This document shows positions 29,543 through 35,533 of a DNA stretch of 64,000 bases, piece after piece. The position numbers and the translations under genes were made by a program. Numbering within the stretch: the stretch's first letter is position 1; the number at the start of each line of letters is the position of its first letter. The notes under the pieces are model-generated. The model saw only the letters and a list, made by a program, of their open reading frames with translations, searched no databases and was not told the DNA's origin. This DNA is from a virus. Its lineage: Duplodnaviria > Caudoviricetes. The stretch lies in the IMG/VR virus record IMGVR_UViG_3300027708_000013; one strand, given 5' to 3'.

Positions 29543-30829
29543 ATGCAAAAAATTGAACACACCTCCCATGCAGGTTTTACCTATGAGCCTAACAAAAAAT
29601 TAGGTTATTATCTAGTGGACAAGGAAGTTTACTACAACAAAATACAAGCACTGATTGCAGCTTCAAAAAAGAATATACCAATAAGATGGTTTTTTAACGA
29701 AGATGTATTTGTTAAATATCCCTGGCACATAGAACCTGAAGAAAACTTGCGAGAATTATATTGTCGACGTGCTCAACAATTACGTGATCAATACGACTAC
29801 ATTAGATTAGAGCTCAGTGGTGGTGCCGATAGTACCACTGTGGCCTATAGCTTTTTACTTAATAATATACATTTAGATGAGGTGGTGTTTCGATATCCCA
29901 AGACCGGTGACAAAGATGCATCCGGAGATCCGTCTAATACTCTGACCGAAAACACACTGAGCGAATGGGAGTTTGCGGCAAAGCCCTTGTTAAATTGGAT
30001 TGCCACCAATTATCCCAAAACAAAAATCACCGTACATGACTACAGTGAAGATATGATTACCGACGTCAACACCAAAGATGAATCATGGATTTTTCAAACC
30101 AGGCATTATTTACAGCCTAGTCATGCTAACAAATATAAACATATTATTAACAATAAAAATATTGCCGATCAAACACATAAAATGTGTGTAATTTATGGCA
30201 TAGATAAACCTAAAATATTTGTTAGGGACAATAAAGTTTTTTTATATTTTTCAGATGGATTAACTAACCACAGTAATCAAGTAGTCGACGAGTATACTAA
30301 TATTACCAACGAATTTTTTTATTGGACTCCAGATTTTCCCGAACTAATAGCTAAACAAGCACACGAAATAAAACGTTGGTTTAGTCTTCCGCATAATCAA
30401 CAAATGCAGGGAATACTACAATGGCCCAACAATGATGTTGCCAAACGTACTTTATACGAGTTGTTGGTAAAACGTATTGTGTATCCTGATTACGATTTTC
30501 ATACATTCCAAACTGCAAAGCCCACCACTAATATATCCTGTAAAATGGATTATTGGTTTCACATTAATTTTAAAGATACTAAACTATATTCGGTTTGGGA
30601 ATCTGGAATTAAATATTTTCTAGATAATATAGATACAAAATATGTATGTTTAATAAACGGAAACCCAGATGAAATACAGTCATTTCAAAGTCCGTATTAC
30701 TACATTGGAGATAGTATCATCGAGCAATCTAATAAGGGATTTAACACAAAATCCATATTGTTAGATCAACATCCAGACTCTACTAAAAAACATAGATATG
30801 TTATTAACGGCCAATTGGTAGTTTATTAA
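29543..30829 (+). CDS. PP-loop protein, paralog B (tandem duplicate of A)
   Basis: RLELSGGADSTTV; long near-identical DNA blocks shared with 28120-29430. Confidence 0.7.
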   Translation: MQKIEHTSHAGFTYEPNKKLGYYLVDKEVYYNKIQALIAASKKNIPIRWFFNEDVFVKYPWHIEPEENLRELYCRRAQQLRDQYDYIRLELSGGADSTTVAYSFLLNNIHLDEVVFRYPKTGDKDASGDPSNTLTENTLSEWEFAAKPLLNWIATNYPKTKITVHDYSEDMITDVNTKDESWIFQTRHYLQPSHANKYKHIINNKNIADQTHKMCVIYGIDKPKIFVRDNKVFLYFSDGLTNHSNQVVDEYTNITNEFFYWTPDFPELIAKQAHEIKRWFSLPHNQQMQGILQWPNNDVAKRTLYELLVKRIVYPDYDFHTFQTAKPTTNISCKMDYWFHINFKDTKLYSVWESGIKYFLDNIDTKYVCLINGNPDEIQSFQSPYYYIGDSIIEQSNKGFNTKSILLDQHPDSTKKHRYVINGQLVVY

Positions 30830-30830
30830 C

Positions 30831-30920
30831 TGGCGGAGAGTGTGAGATTCGAACTCACGATACAGTTGCCCATATGTCTGCTTAGTAGGCAGATGCCATC
30901 GTCCACTCGGCCAACTCTCC
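30831..30920 (-). tRNA. tRNA-Ser(ACT)
   Basis: Acceptor GGAGAGT/ACTCTCC+G+CCA, anticodon arm TCTGC-CTACTAA-GCAGA, long variable arm with GCAA loop, TTCGAAT T-loop. Confidence 0.85.
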
Positions 30921-30930
30921 TGAAGTTGTT

Positions 30931-31134
30931 TTACACTTCTACTGTGCCGTTTTGTATGGCCAACAGGGTTGAAATCAATGCATCGCTGTGTTGCAGTTCT
31001 GCACGATCTGCTGTTCTTTTATAAAGTGTTCTAGATTGTTGTGTGGCCGACAATATCATGTCGTATCTATTGCCGCCGGCGATTCTAACACATTTTTCAA
31101 TATCAATTTCAGTGCCTCTGCTGATTGGTTTCAT
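30931..31134 (-). CDS. rpoZ: RNA polymerase omega subunit (RpoZ)-like protein
   Basis: IEKCVRIAGGNRYDMILSATQQSR...LISTLLAIQNGTV aligns by eye with RpoZ [23 protein letters not shown]...[14 protein letters not shown]; AAGGA Shine-Dalgarno. Confidence 0.7.
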   Translation of the reverse strand: MKPISRGTEIDIEKCVRIAGGNRYDMILSATQQSRTLYKRTADRAELQHSDALISTLLAIQNGTVEV

Positions 31135-31159
31135 ACTGTTCCTTGTTCAAGTTGATTGA

Positions 31160-31446
31160 AGTACAACAGTTTGGGTACATGTATTTGCTTTACAACCGTG
31201 GACTGCTTGCCTTTGGAGAGCTACTCCTCTCGGCTTTGCAGACAAGTACCACCACCGTGCAAGCGGCTAAATGTCAACAAGTTTCAACAGACTCTCGGAC
31301 GTTTCCATGGCTTTTAAATTCTGGTGCCGCTTCGGGAATACCCGATATTGCACAATTTTCGAGCGACTCAAAGTCTTGCAATGCCACGTACTGCGCCTAC
31401 CACTGGTATCAAACGGGCGTCACCCCTGTACCCAAACTGTTGTACT
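31160..31446 (-). ncRNA. Unassigned ~287 nt structured ncRNA
   Basis: Perfect 19-20 bp terminal inverted repeat (31161-31179 vs 31427-31445), several internal stems, and its own promoter immediately upstream. Confidence 0.7.
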
Positions 31447-31455
31447 CTAGTTACT

Positions 31456-31484
31456 AGTGTAACATCTATCGCAATATGTGTCTA
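31456..31484 (-). promoter_or_regulatory. Sigma70-type promoter of the ncRNA-rpoZ-tRNA-Ser unit
   Basis: TAGACA-17-TACACT; the predicted start falls 1-3 nt before the ncRNA stem. Confidence 0.65.
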
Positions 31485-31603
31485 GCGTTTTTGATGGTTT
31501 TTGAGTCGGGAAAACCGTCAAACCCGGTGTCAACAGCCCATCCCCGGTTTCGTTGACAGCGGATGCTGATTAACAACCTTGCGGTGCGGGGTCAGCAACA
31601 ACT

Positions 31604-31678
31604 TGGTGGGCCAGGAAAGAATTGAACTTTCACTCCTTCGGTTATGAGCCGAACGCTTTACCATTAAGCTACTAGCCC
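31604..31678 (-). tRNA. tRNA (CAT), Ile2-like
   Basis: TTCGG-CTCATAA-CCGAA arm, GGGC start, A73, CCA; the Ile2 identity is inferred. Confidence 0.85.
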
Positions 31679-31684
31679 GTTCGA

Positions 31685-32296
31685 TTACATTGCAGGACCG
31701 TTTCCGGACTTAAAACCTACACTACCACCCTCTGCTTCAATGCGAGCAATAACATCTTCAAACAAGATAGGAGCAAAGTCTGGAAGTTGTTCTACGCAAA
31801 CGCAGTGGTATCTAACATCAATCTCATCGCTGTACAGAATTTCTCCTGTTCTAGCATCAATACCACGTGGTTTCATAACACGATTTGCGTGAGTATGTCC
31901 GTGAATGTTAACTCCGAATCGACCTAAACTATCACTGTGCAACGGAATATGACTGAGAATCATCCCGTCCATCACATGGTAGGCACGTAATTCTCTAAAG
32001 TACTGTCTGTACTCGTCGTCCCTAAAGATATCATGGTTACCGCGGATCAACACCTTGTCACCGTTGAGTCTAGCCAATGTGGCCAATGCCCGACGGTTGA
32101 TGACTACATCGCCCAAGTGATAAATCTTATCTGTGGGCTTAACTCTTTCGTTCCAAGACTTGACCATGGCTTCGTCCATTTCATCTGGATCAGTCCAAGG
32201 ACGCAGTTTTGTGACACCATCGTTACGTGTGAAGCGACATACACCTGCGTGTCCAAAGTGTGTATCGCTGACTAAAAATACTGCGGGCATATTCAA
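31685..32296 (-). CDS. Calcineurin-like metallophosphoesterase
   Basis: SDTHFGH, HLGDV, RGNHD, SHIPLH, HGHTH; promoter TTGACC-17-TATAAT at 32313-32341. Confidence 0.9.
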   Translation of the reverse strand: MNMPAVFLVSDTHFGHAGVCRFTRNDGVTKLRPWTDPDEMDEAMVKSWNERVKPTDKIYHLGDVVINRRALATLARLNGDKVLIRGNHDIFRDDEYRQYFRELRAYHVMDGMILSHIPLHSDSLGRFGVNIHGHTHANRVMKPRGIDARTGEILYSDEIDVRYHCVCVEQLPDFAPILFEDVIARIEAEGGSVGFKSGNGPAM

Positions 32297-32343
32297 CTCC
32301 TTTCTTTACAATATTATAACATGTTTGTGATTGCGGGTCAATG

Positions 32344-32421
32344 TGGAAGTGAGAGTCGGATTCGAACCGACGGGTTGACAGCTTTGCAGGCTGTTGCATT
32401 GGACCACTCTGCCATCTCACT
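32344..32421 (-). tRNA. tRNA-Cys(GCA)
   Basis: ACAGC-CTGCAAA-GCTGT, U73, CCA. Confidence 0.92.
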
Positions 32422-32429
32422 ACAGTTTT

Positions 32430-32503
32430 TGGCGAATCCCCAGGGAGTCGAACCCCGGCCGTCAGTTTTGGAGACTGAAATGCTACCGTAACACTTGGGA
32501 CTC
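32430..32503 (-). tRNA. tRNA-Trp(CCA)
   Basis: TCAGT-CTCCAAA-ACTGA, CCA end. Confidence 0.92.
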
Positions 32504-32508
32504 ATTAT

Positions 32509-32582
32509 TGGAGCGGAATACCAGAATCGAACTGGTGACTAGACGTTGGCAACGTTTCGTTTTACCATTAAACTAATCCCGC
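32509..32582 (-). tRNA. tRNA-Gly(GCC)
   Basis: GCGGGA start, loop TTGCCAA, U73, CCA. Confidence 0.92.
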
Positions 32583-32600
32583 ATGTTATTACTTATAGTG

Positions 32601-32676
32601 TGGCGCTCTCGACCGGATTCGAACCGGTGTACTCACCGTGAAAGGGTGATGTCCTAGGCCTCTAGACGACGGGAGC
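32601..32676 (-). tRNA. tRNA-Glu(TTC)
   Basis: TCACC-CTTTCAC-GGTGA, CCA. Confidence 0.92.
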
Positions 32677-32686
32677 ATAAAACTGG

Positions 32687-32799
32687 TGTTTGTGTTTGGC
32701 GCTTGAATCCACGGCAACCCTGACTCTTCATGGCCGGTCCTGACACGTGGTCGACTTTGGTCAGTATTTCGGTGTTCCATTGTAGTTGCTACACAAACA
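32687..32799 (-). ncRNA. tRNA-like RNA without a canonical anticodon arm or CCA
   Basis: Closing stem TGTTTGTGT/ACACAAACA; T-loop-like GGATTCAAGCGCC near the 3' end. Confidence 0.55.
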
Positions 32800-32820
32800 T
32801 AATCTTGACAAGATACTCTG

Positions 32821-32892
32821 AAGCGGGGGCTGGATTCGAACCAACGACCTTCAGGTTATGAGCCTGGCATGCTACCGCTACACTACCCCGCA
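32821..32892 (-). tRNA. tRNA (CAT), initiator-like, CCA not encoded
   Basis: TGCGGGG start with 1:72 mismatch; CCAGG-CTCATAA-CCTGA arm. Confidence 0.8.
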
Positions 32893-32926
32893 TCAGAATA
32901 TCCTATTTCTCTCTTACGCATAGACT

Positions 32927-33172
32927 TTAATCAAATGGTATTGGTTTTTCTGGTGTTGCTATCAACTCTTCTACTACAAATACGTCAAAATTCTTTTCAT
33001 CTTCTGGATGTTTTATACAGTCCACAAACCATCCAAACTTATAACGCCAATGATAAAATTGTCCTTCATCGGCGTTCCAACGAGCCTCTGTGGCATTACG
33101 GCATTGACCACGATAGTAAGCACCGTGGATCAAATCCTGTCGAGCAATCTTTGCCTGATATTGATCTTCCAT
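32927..33172 (-). CDS. Conserved phage hypothetical protein within the tRNA array
   Basis: Start MEDQYQ at 33172 after AAGGA; YYRGQCRNATEARW...HWRYKFG...HPEDE..FDVF. Confidence 0.75.
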   Translation of the reverse strand: MEDQYQAKIARQDLIHGAYYRGQCRNATEARWNADEGQFYHWRYKFGWFVDCIKHPEDEKNFDVFVVEELIATPEKPIPFD

Positions 33173-33199
33173 TATATTTTCCTTGTTGCTGTGTAGGCT

Positions 33200-33370
33200 C
33201 CGGCCACTTGCTGTCATACAAGCCCCGGAGTGGAATTCATCGTTAGCCATGTTCTCAGTCTGTAATGGCAGACAGTGTTGACCGATCAGGGCAATCAACC
33301 ACCCACTTGCGTCAGCAGAGCAAGTTACCCCCGATTCAAAGCTCGGCAACTTATGACAAAACTTGGCCGG
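33200..33370 (-). ncRNA. Unassigned ~171 nt multibranched RNA
   Basis: CCGGCCA/TGGCCGG plus TGTCATA/TATGACA closing helix; internal hairpins ACTTGC/GCAAGT, GTTGA/TCAAC, GTCTG/CAGAC. Confidence 0.6.
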
Positions 33371-33434
33371 CCCCACTAGTGGGATACCATTTAAACTGGG
33401 CTGTCTTTTCGCGTTATATCCCAGTACCATGACT

Positions 33435-33509
33435 TGGCGGTCTCAAGGAGTAACGATCTCCTTCTTCAGCAGTGACAGTGCTGTGTGCGTCCATGAACAC
33501 TTTGAGACC
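33435..33509 (-). tRNA. tRNA-Asp(GTC), non-canonical T-loop
   Basis: CAGCA-CTGTCAC-TGCTG; T-loop ATCGTTA; G73, CCA. Confidence 0.9.
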
Positions 33510-33598
33510 CAAATTAGTGACCCGGTTCGTAAACAGTATTGATTGATTTACAGGGGCGTCAGGCCTCCAATGGACTTTTTAGGGTGCCAATTCTTTTG

Positions 33599-33699
33599 AC
33601 TATATTGAAACACACTGTTGAGATTTCACTTTTCAAGTCAGGGTCCGGATGACCAAGCGCCGCTTCTCGCAGGTAGAAAACAATGTGCTTCAATATAGT
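33599..33699 (-). ncRNA. Unassigned RNA closed by a 21-bp helix
   Basis: ACTATATTGAAGCACATTGTT pairs with AACAGTGTGTTTCAATATAGT; the two non-Watson-Crick positions are G-U only on the minus strand. Confidence 0.6.
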
Positions 33700-33701
33700 A
33701 T

Positions 33702-33838
33702 GTTTGTGGTAAGGATTCGCACCTTACACCACGGTTGCCCTAAATTACTCGATGATAGTCTCAACCAGTGCGGCCGCACCTTCGAGTAGTTCCACCTTTC
33801 ACCCAACCGTATATACCTGTCTCTTATACGACACAAAC
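33702..33838 (-). ncRNA. tRNA-like RNA (~137 nt) with a large insert in place of the anticodon loop
   Basis: Acceptor-like GTTTGTG/CACAAAC, T-arm GTAAGG-TGCGAAT-CCTTAC, stem ACGGTT/AACCGT enclosing TACTCGA/TCGAGTA; no CCA. Confidence 0.65.
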
Positions 33839-33843
33839 TTACC

Positions 33844-33961
33844 ATATTAAAACTATATCAATATCTTCCTTCTCTGACAAGAAGGCGTTTCGCAGTGTGT
33901 CAGCACCACCGAATGTTGACTCCGATCAGGAGTATGGCACCCGTCGATATAATTTTAATAT
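33844..33961 (-). ncRNA. Unassigned RNA closed by an 18-bp helix
   Basis: TATTAAAATTATATCGA/TTGATATAGTTTTAATA with G-U pairs on the minus strand; internal hairpins ACTCC/GGAGT and CCTTCT/AGAAGG. Confidence 0.6.
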
Positions 33962-33964
33962 AGC

Positions 33965-34060
33965 GCCTTTCACAAGGCTTATATTTTGCTACTTGATTTG
34001 TTAAAGAACTGTAATTTCTTACTATACATGTATTATACGGTATTGTGAATTACCAGTCAA
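33965..34060 (-). promoter_or_regulatory. Internal promoter with boxA and GNRA hairpin (rrn/nut-like antitermination leader)
   Basis: TTGACT-17-TATAAT (34032-34060), GTTCTTTAACAA boxA-like (33998-34009), GCCTT-GTGA-AAGGC hairpin (33965-33978). Confidence 0.65.
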
Positions 34061-34093
34061 CCAAAATACTGTTGCATATTTACAACAAATTAT

Positions 34094-34185
34094 TGGCGGA
34101 AGGCAGAAGAGTCGAACTCCATCCCCGTTAGGAGAACCTGGTTTTCAAGGCCAGTCGCAGGACCATCCCCGCTGCATTACCTTCC
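34094..34185 (-). tRNA. tRNA-Ser(TGA) with 8/4 fold
   Basis: 8-bp acceptor GGAAGGTA/TGCCTTCC, 4-bp T-stem GGAG/CTTC, loop CTTGAAA, long variable arm, G73, CCA. Confidence 0.85.
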
Positions 34186-34191
34186 ATGTCT

Positions 34192-34276
34192 TGGTGGGAA
34201 TGGTGAGACTCGAACTCACACGCCTTGCGGCGGCGGCTTCTAAAACCGCTTCGGCTACCAGTTACGACACATTCCC
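34192..34276 (-). tRNA. tRNA-Leu(TAG)
   Basis: GCGGT-TTTAGAA-GCCGC, long variable arm, CCA. Confidence 0.92.
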
Positions 34277-34282
34277 GTTGTT

Positions 34283-34358
34283 TGGGGTGCTGTATGGGAC
34301 TCGAACCCATACTACGAGATCCACAATCTCGGGTGCTAACCGTTACACTAACGGCACC
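34283..34358 (-). tRNA. tRNA-His(GTG)
   Basis: CGAGA-TTGTGGA-TCTCG, G-1:C73, CCA. Confidence 0.92.
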
Positions 34359-34367
34359 ACGGTTCTT

Positions 34368-34442
34368 TGGTCCGGCCAGGAAGAATCGAACTTCCGTTTA
34401 GAGATTAGAAGTCTCCTGTATTTTCCACTATACGATGGCCAG
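34368..34442 (-). tRNA. tRNA-Arg(TCT)
   Basis: GAGA-CTTCTAA-TCTC, CCA. Confidence 0.9.
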
Positions 34443-34443
34443 T

Positions 34444-34528
34444 TGGTACGAGGGGAGAGATTCGAACTCTCATGCCTAACGGCGTCGGTGCTTAAAACCG
34501 GTGCGGCTACCTGTTTCGCCACCCTCGT
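34444..34528 (-). tRNA. tRNA-Leu(TAA)
   Basis: Loop TTTAAGC, long variable arm, CCA. Confidence 0.88.
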
Positions 34529-34534
34529 ATTGTT

Positions 34535-34608
34535 TGGTGCTCTTACCTGGTAACGATCCAGATTTTCCGCCTTACCAAGACGGTGTAATGCCTTTATACT
34601 ATAAGAGC
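34535..34608 (-). tRNA. tRNA-Thr(GGT), non-canonical T-loop
   Basis: CCGTC-TTGGTAA-GGCGG; T-loop ATCGTTA; CCA. Confidence 0.88.
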
Positions 34609-34609
34609 T

Positions 34610-34683
34610 TGGCAGGGGTACTAGGACTTGAACCTAGAACGACACAGTCAAAGTGTGTTGTGTTACCATTACACTATACCCCA
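34610..34683 (-). tRNA. tRNA-Gln(TTG)
   Basis: ACACA-CTTTGAC-TGTGT, CCA. Confidence 0.92.
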
Positions 34684-34689
34684 ATTGTT

Positions 34690-34763
34690 TGGTAGGCCCG
34701 GAAGGTAATGCTCCTTCTTTTGCGGATTAAAAGTCCGCTACTTTACTTTTAAGTTACAAGCCC
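34690..34763 (-). tRNA. tRNA-Lys(TTT), divergent D- and T-loops
   Basis: GCGGA-CTTTTAA-TCCGC; T-loop AGCATTA; D-loop lacks GG; CCA. Confidence 0.82.
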
Positions 34764-34769
34764 ATAATA

Positions 34770-34846
34770 TGGCCGGCCCTGACGGATTCGAACCGCCAAC
34801 TGCTGGTTTCGAAGACCAGAACTCTATCCAATTGAGCTAAGGGCCG
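34770..34846 (-). tRNA. tRNA-Arg(TCG)
   Basis: CTGGT-CTTCGAA-ACCAG, CCA. Confidence 0.92.
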
Positions 34847-34851
34847 ATGTT

Positions 34852-34926
34852 TGGTACCCATGGGTGGAATTGAACCACCGTCGCTGCGTTATCAACACAG
34901 AGCTAAACCACTCAGCTACACGGGTA
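34852..34926 (-). tRNA. tRNA-Ile(GAT)
   Basis: CTGTG-TTGATAA-CGCAG, CCA. Confidence 0.9.
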
Positions 34927-35002
34927 TGGTAGGAGATACCAGGTTCGAACTGATGACATTCTGTGTGTAAGACAGACGCTCTACCAACTGAGCTAATCTC
35001 CT
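34927..35002 (-). tRNA. tRNA-Val(TAC)
   Basis: TCTGT-CTTACAC-ACAGA, CCA. Confidence 0.92.
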
Positions 35003-35008
35003 ATTGTA

Positions 35009-35083
35009 TGGTCGGAGTAGAAAGAATCGAACTTTCGAAATCTCGCTCCCAAAGCGAGTGACATACCACTTGCCGATACTCCG
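35009..35083 (-). tRNA. tRNA-Pro(TGG)
   Basis: CTCGC-TTTGGGA-GCGAG, CCA. Confidence 0.92.
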
Positions 35084-35090
35084 ATAAAAC

Positions 35091-35173
35091 TGGTGCTGGA
35101 GGTGAGACTCGAACTCACGTAGGTTTCCCGACGGCTTACAAAACCGTTGCAATTGCCGCTATGCGACTCCAGC
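35091..35173 (-). tRNA. tRNA-Thr(TGT) with extended variable region
   Basis: ACGGT-TTTGTAA-GCCGT; variable region CGGGAAACCTAC; CCA. Confidence 0.88.
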
Positions 35174-35185
35174 GTTGAATTAATT

Positions 35186-35277
35186 TGGCAGTGAGTGTGG
35201 GATTTGAACCCACGGTACGTATTTCTACATACAACACCTTAGCAGGGTGCCGATTTAAGCCACTCATCCAACTCACT
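35186..35277 (-). tRNA. tRNA-Ser(GCT)
   Basis: GCACC-CTGCTAA-GGTGT, long variable arm, G73, CCA. Confidence 0.92.
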
Positions 35278-35286
35278 ATAATTTTT

Positions 35287-35361
35287 TGGTGGAAATAGGT
35301 AGATTCGAACTACCGACCTGCGCCGTATGAAGGCGATGCACTACCGCTGTGCTATATTTCC
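35287..35361 (-). tRNA. tRNA (CAT), probably elongator Met
   Basis: TCGCC-TTCATAC-GGCGC, CCA; Met versus Ile2 identity not resolved. Confidence 0.85.
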
Positions 35362-35363
35362 AA

Positions 35364-35437
35364 TGGAGCGGGATGAGAGAATCGAACTCTCAACTGGAGA
35401 TTGGAAATCTCTAATTTTACCATTAAACTAATCCCGC
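35364..35437 (-). tRNA. tRNA-Gly(TCC)
   Basis: GAGA-TTTCCAA-TCTC, U73, CCA. Confidence 0.92.
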
Positions 35438-35443
35438 ACGGTT

Positions 35444-35527
35444 TGGTGGAGAATACTGGGATCGAACCAGTCGTGCCTGCGGCGCCGGATTTACAGTCCA
35501 GTGCATCACCATTGATGCTTCTTCTCC
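35444..35527 (-). tRNA. tRNA-Tyr(GTA)
   Basis: CTGGA-CTGTAAA-TCCGG, long variable arm, CCA. Confidence 0.92.
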
Positions 35528-35533
35528 GTTACA

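Noticed and set aside
31160-31446. Retron msr-msd, tmRNA or RNase P RNA
   Set aside because: There is no reverse transcriptase in the window, no tRNA-Ala-like ends or tag ORF, and no GAGGAAAGUCC or matching P4 signature. It is left as unassigned.
32927-33430. 167-aa version of the gene inside the tRNA array
   Set aside because: The upstream half overlaps strongly paired RNA stems and lacks a Shine-Dalgarno; the AAGGA-preceded ATG at 33172 is the better start.
34094-34185. tRNA-Sec
   Set aside because: The Sec-like shape is present, but the anticodon reads UGA (decodes UCA, Ser), not UCA, and no selA/selB/selD is in the window.
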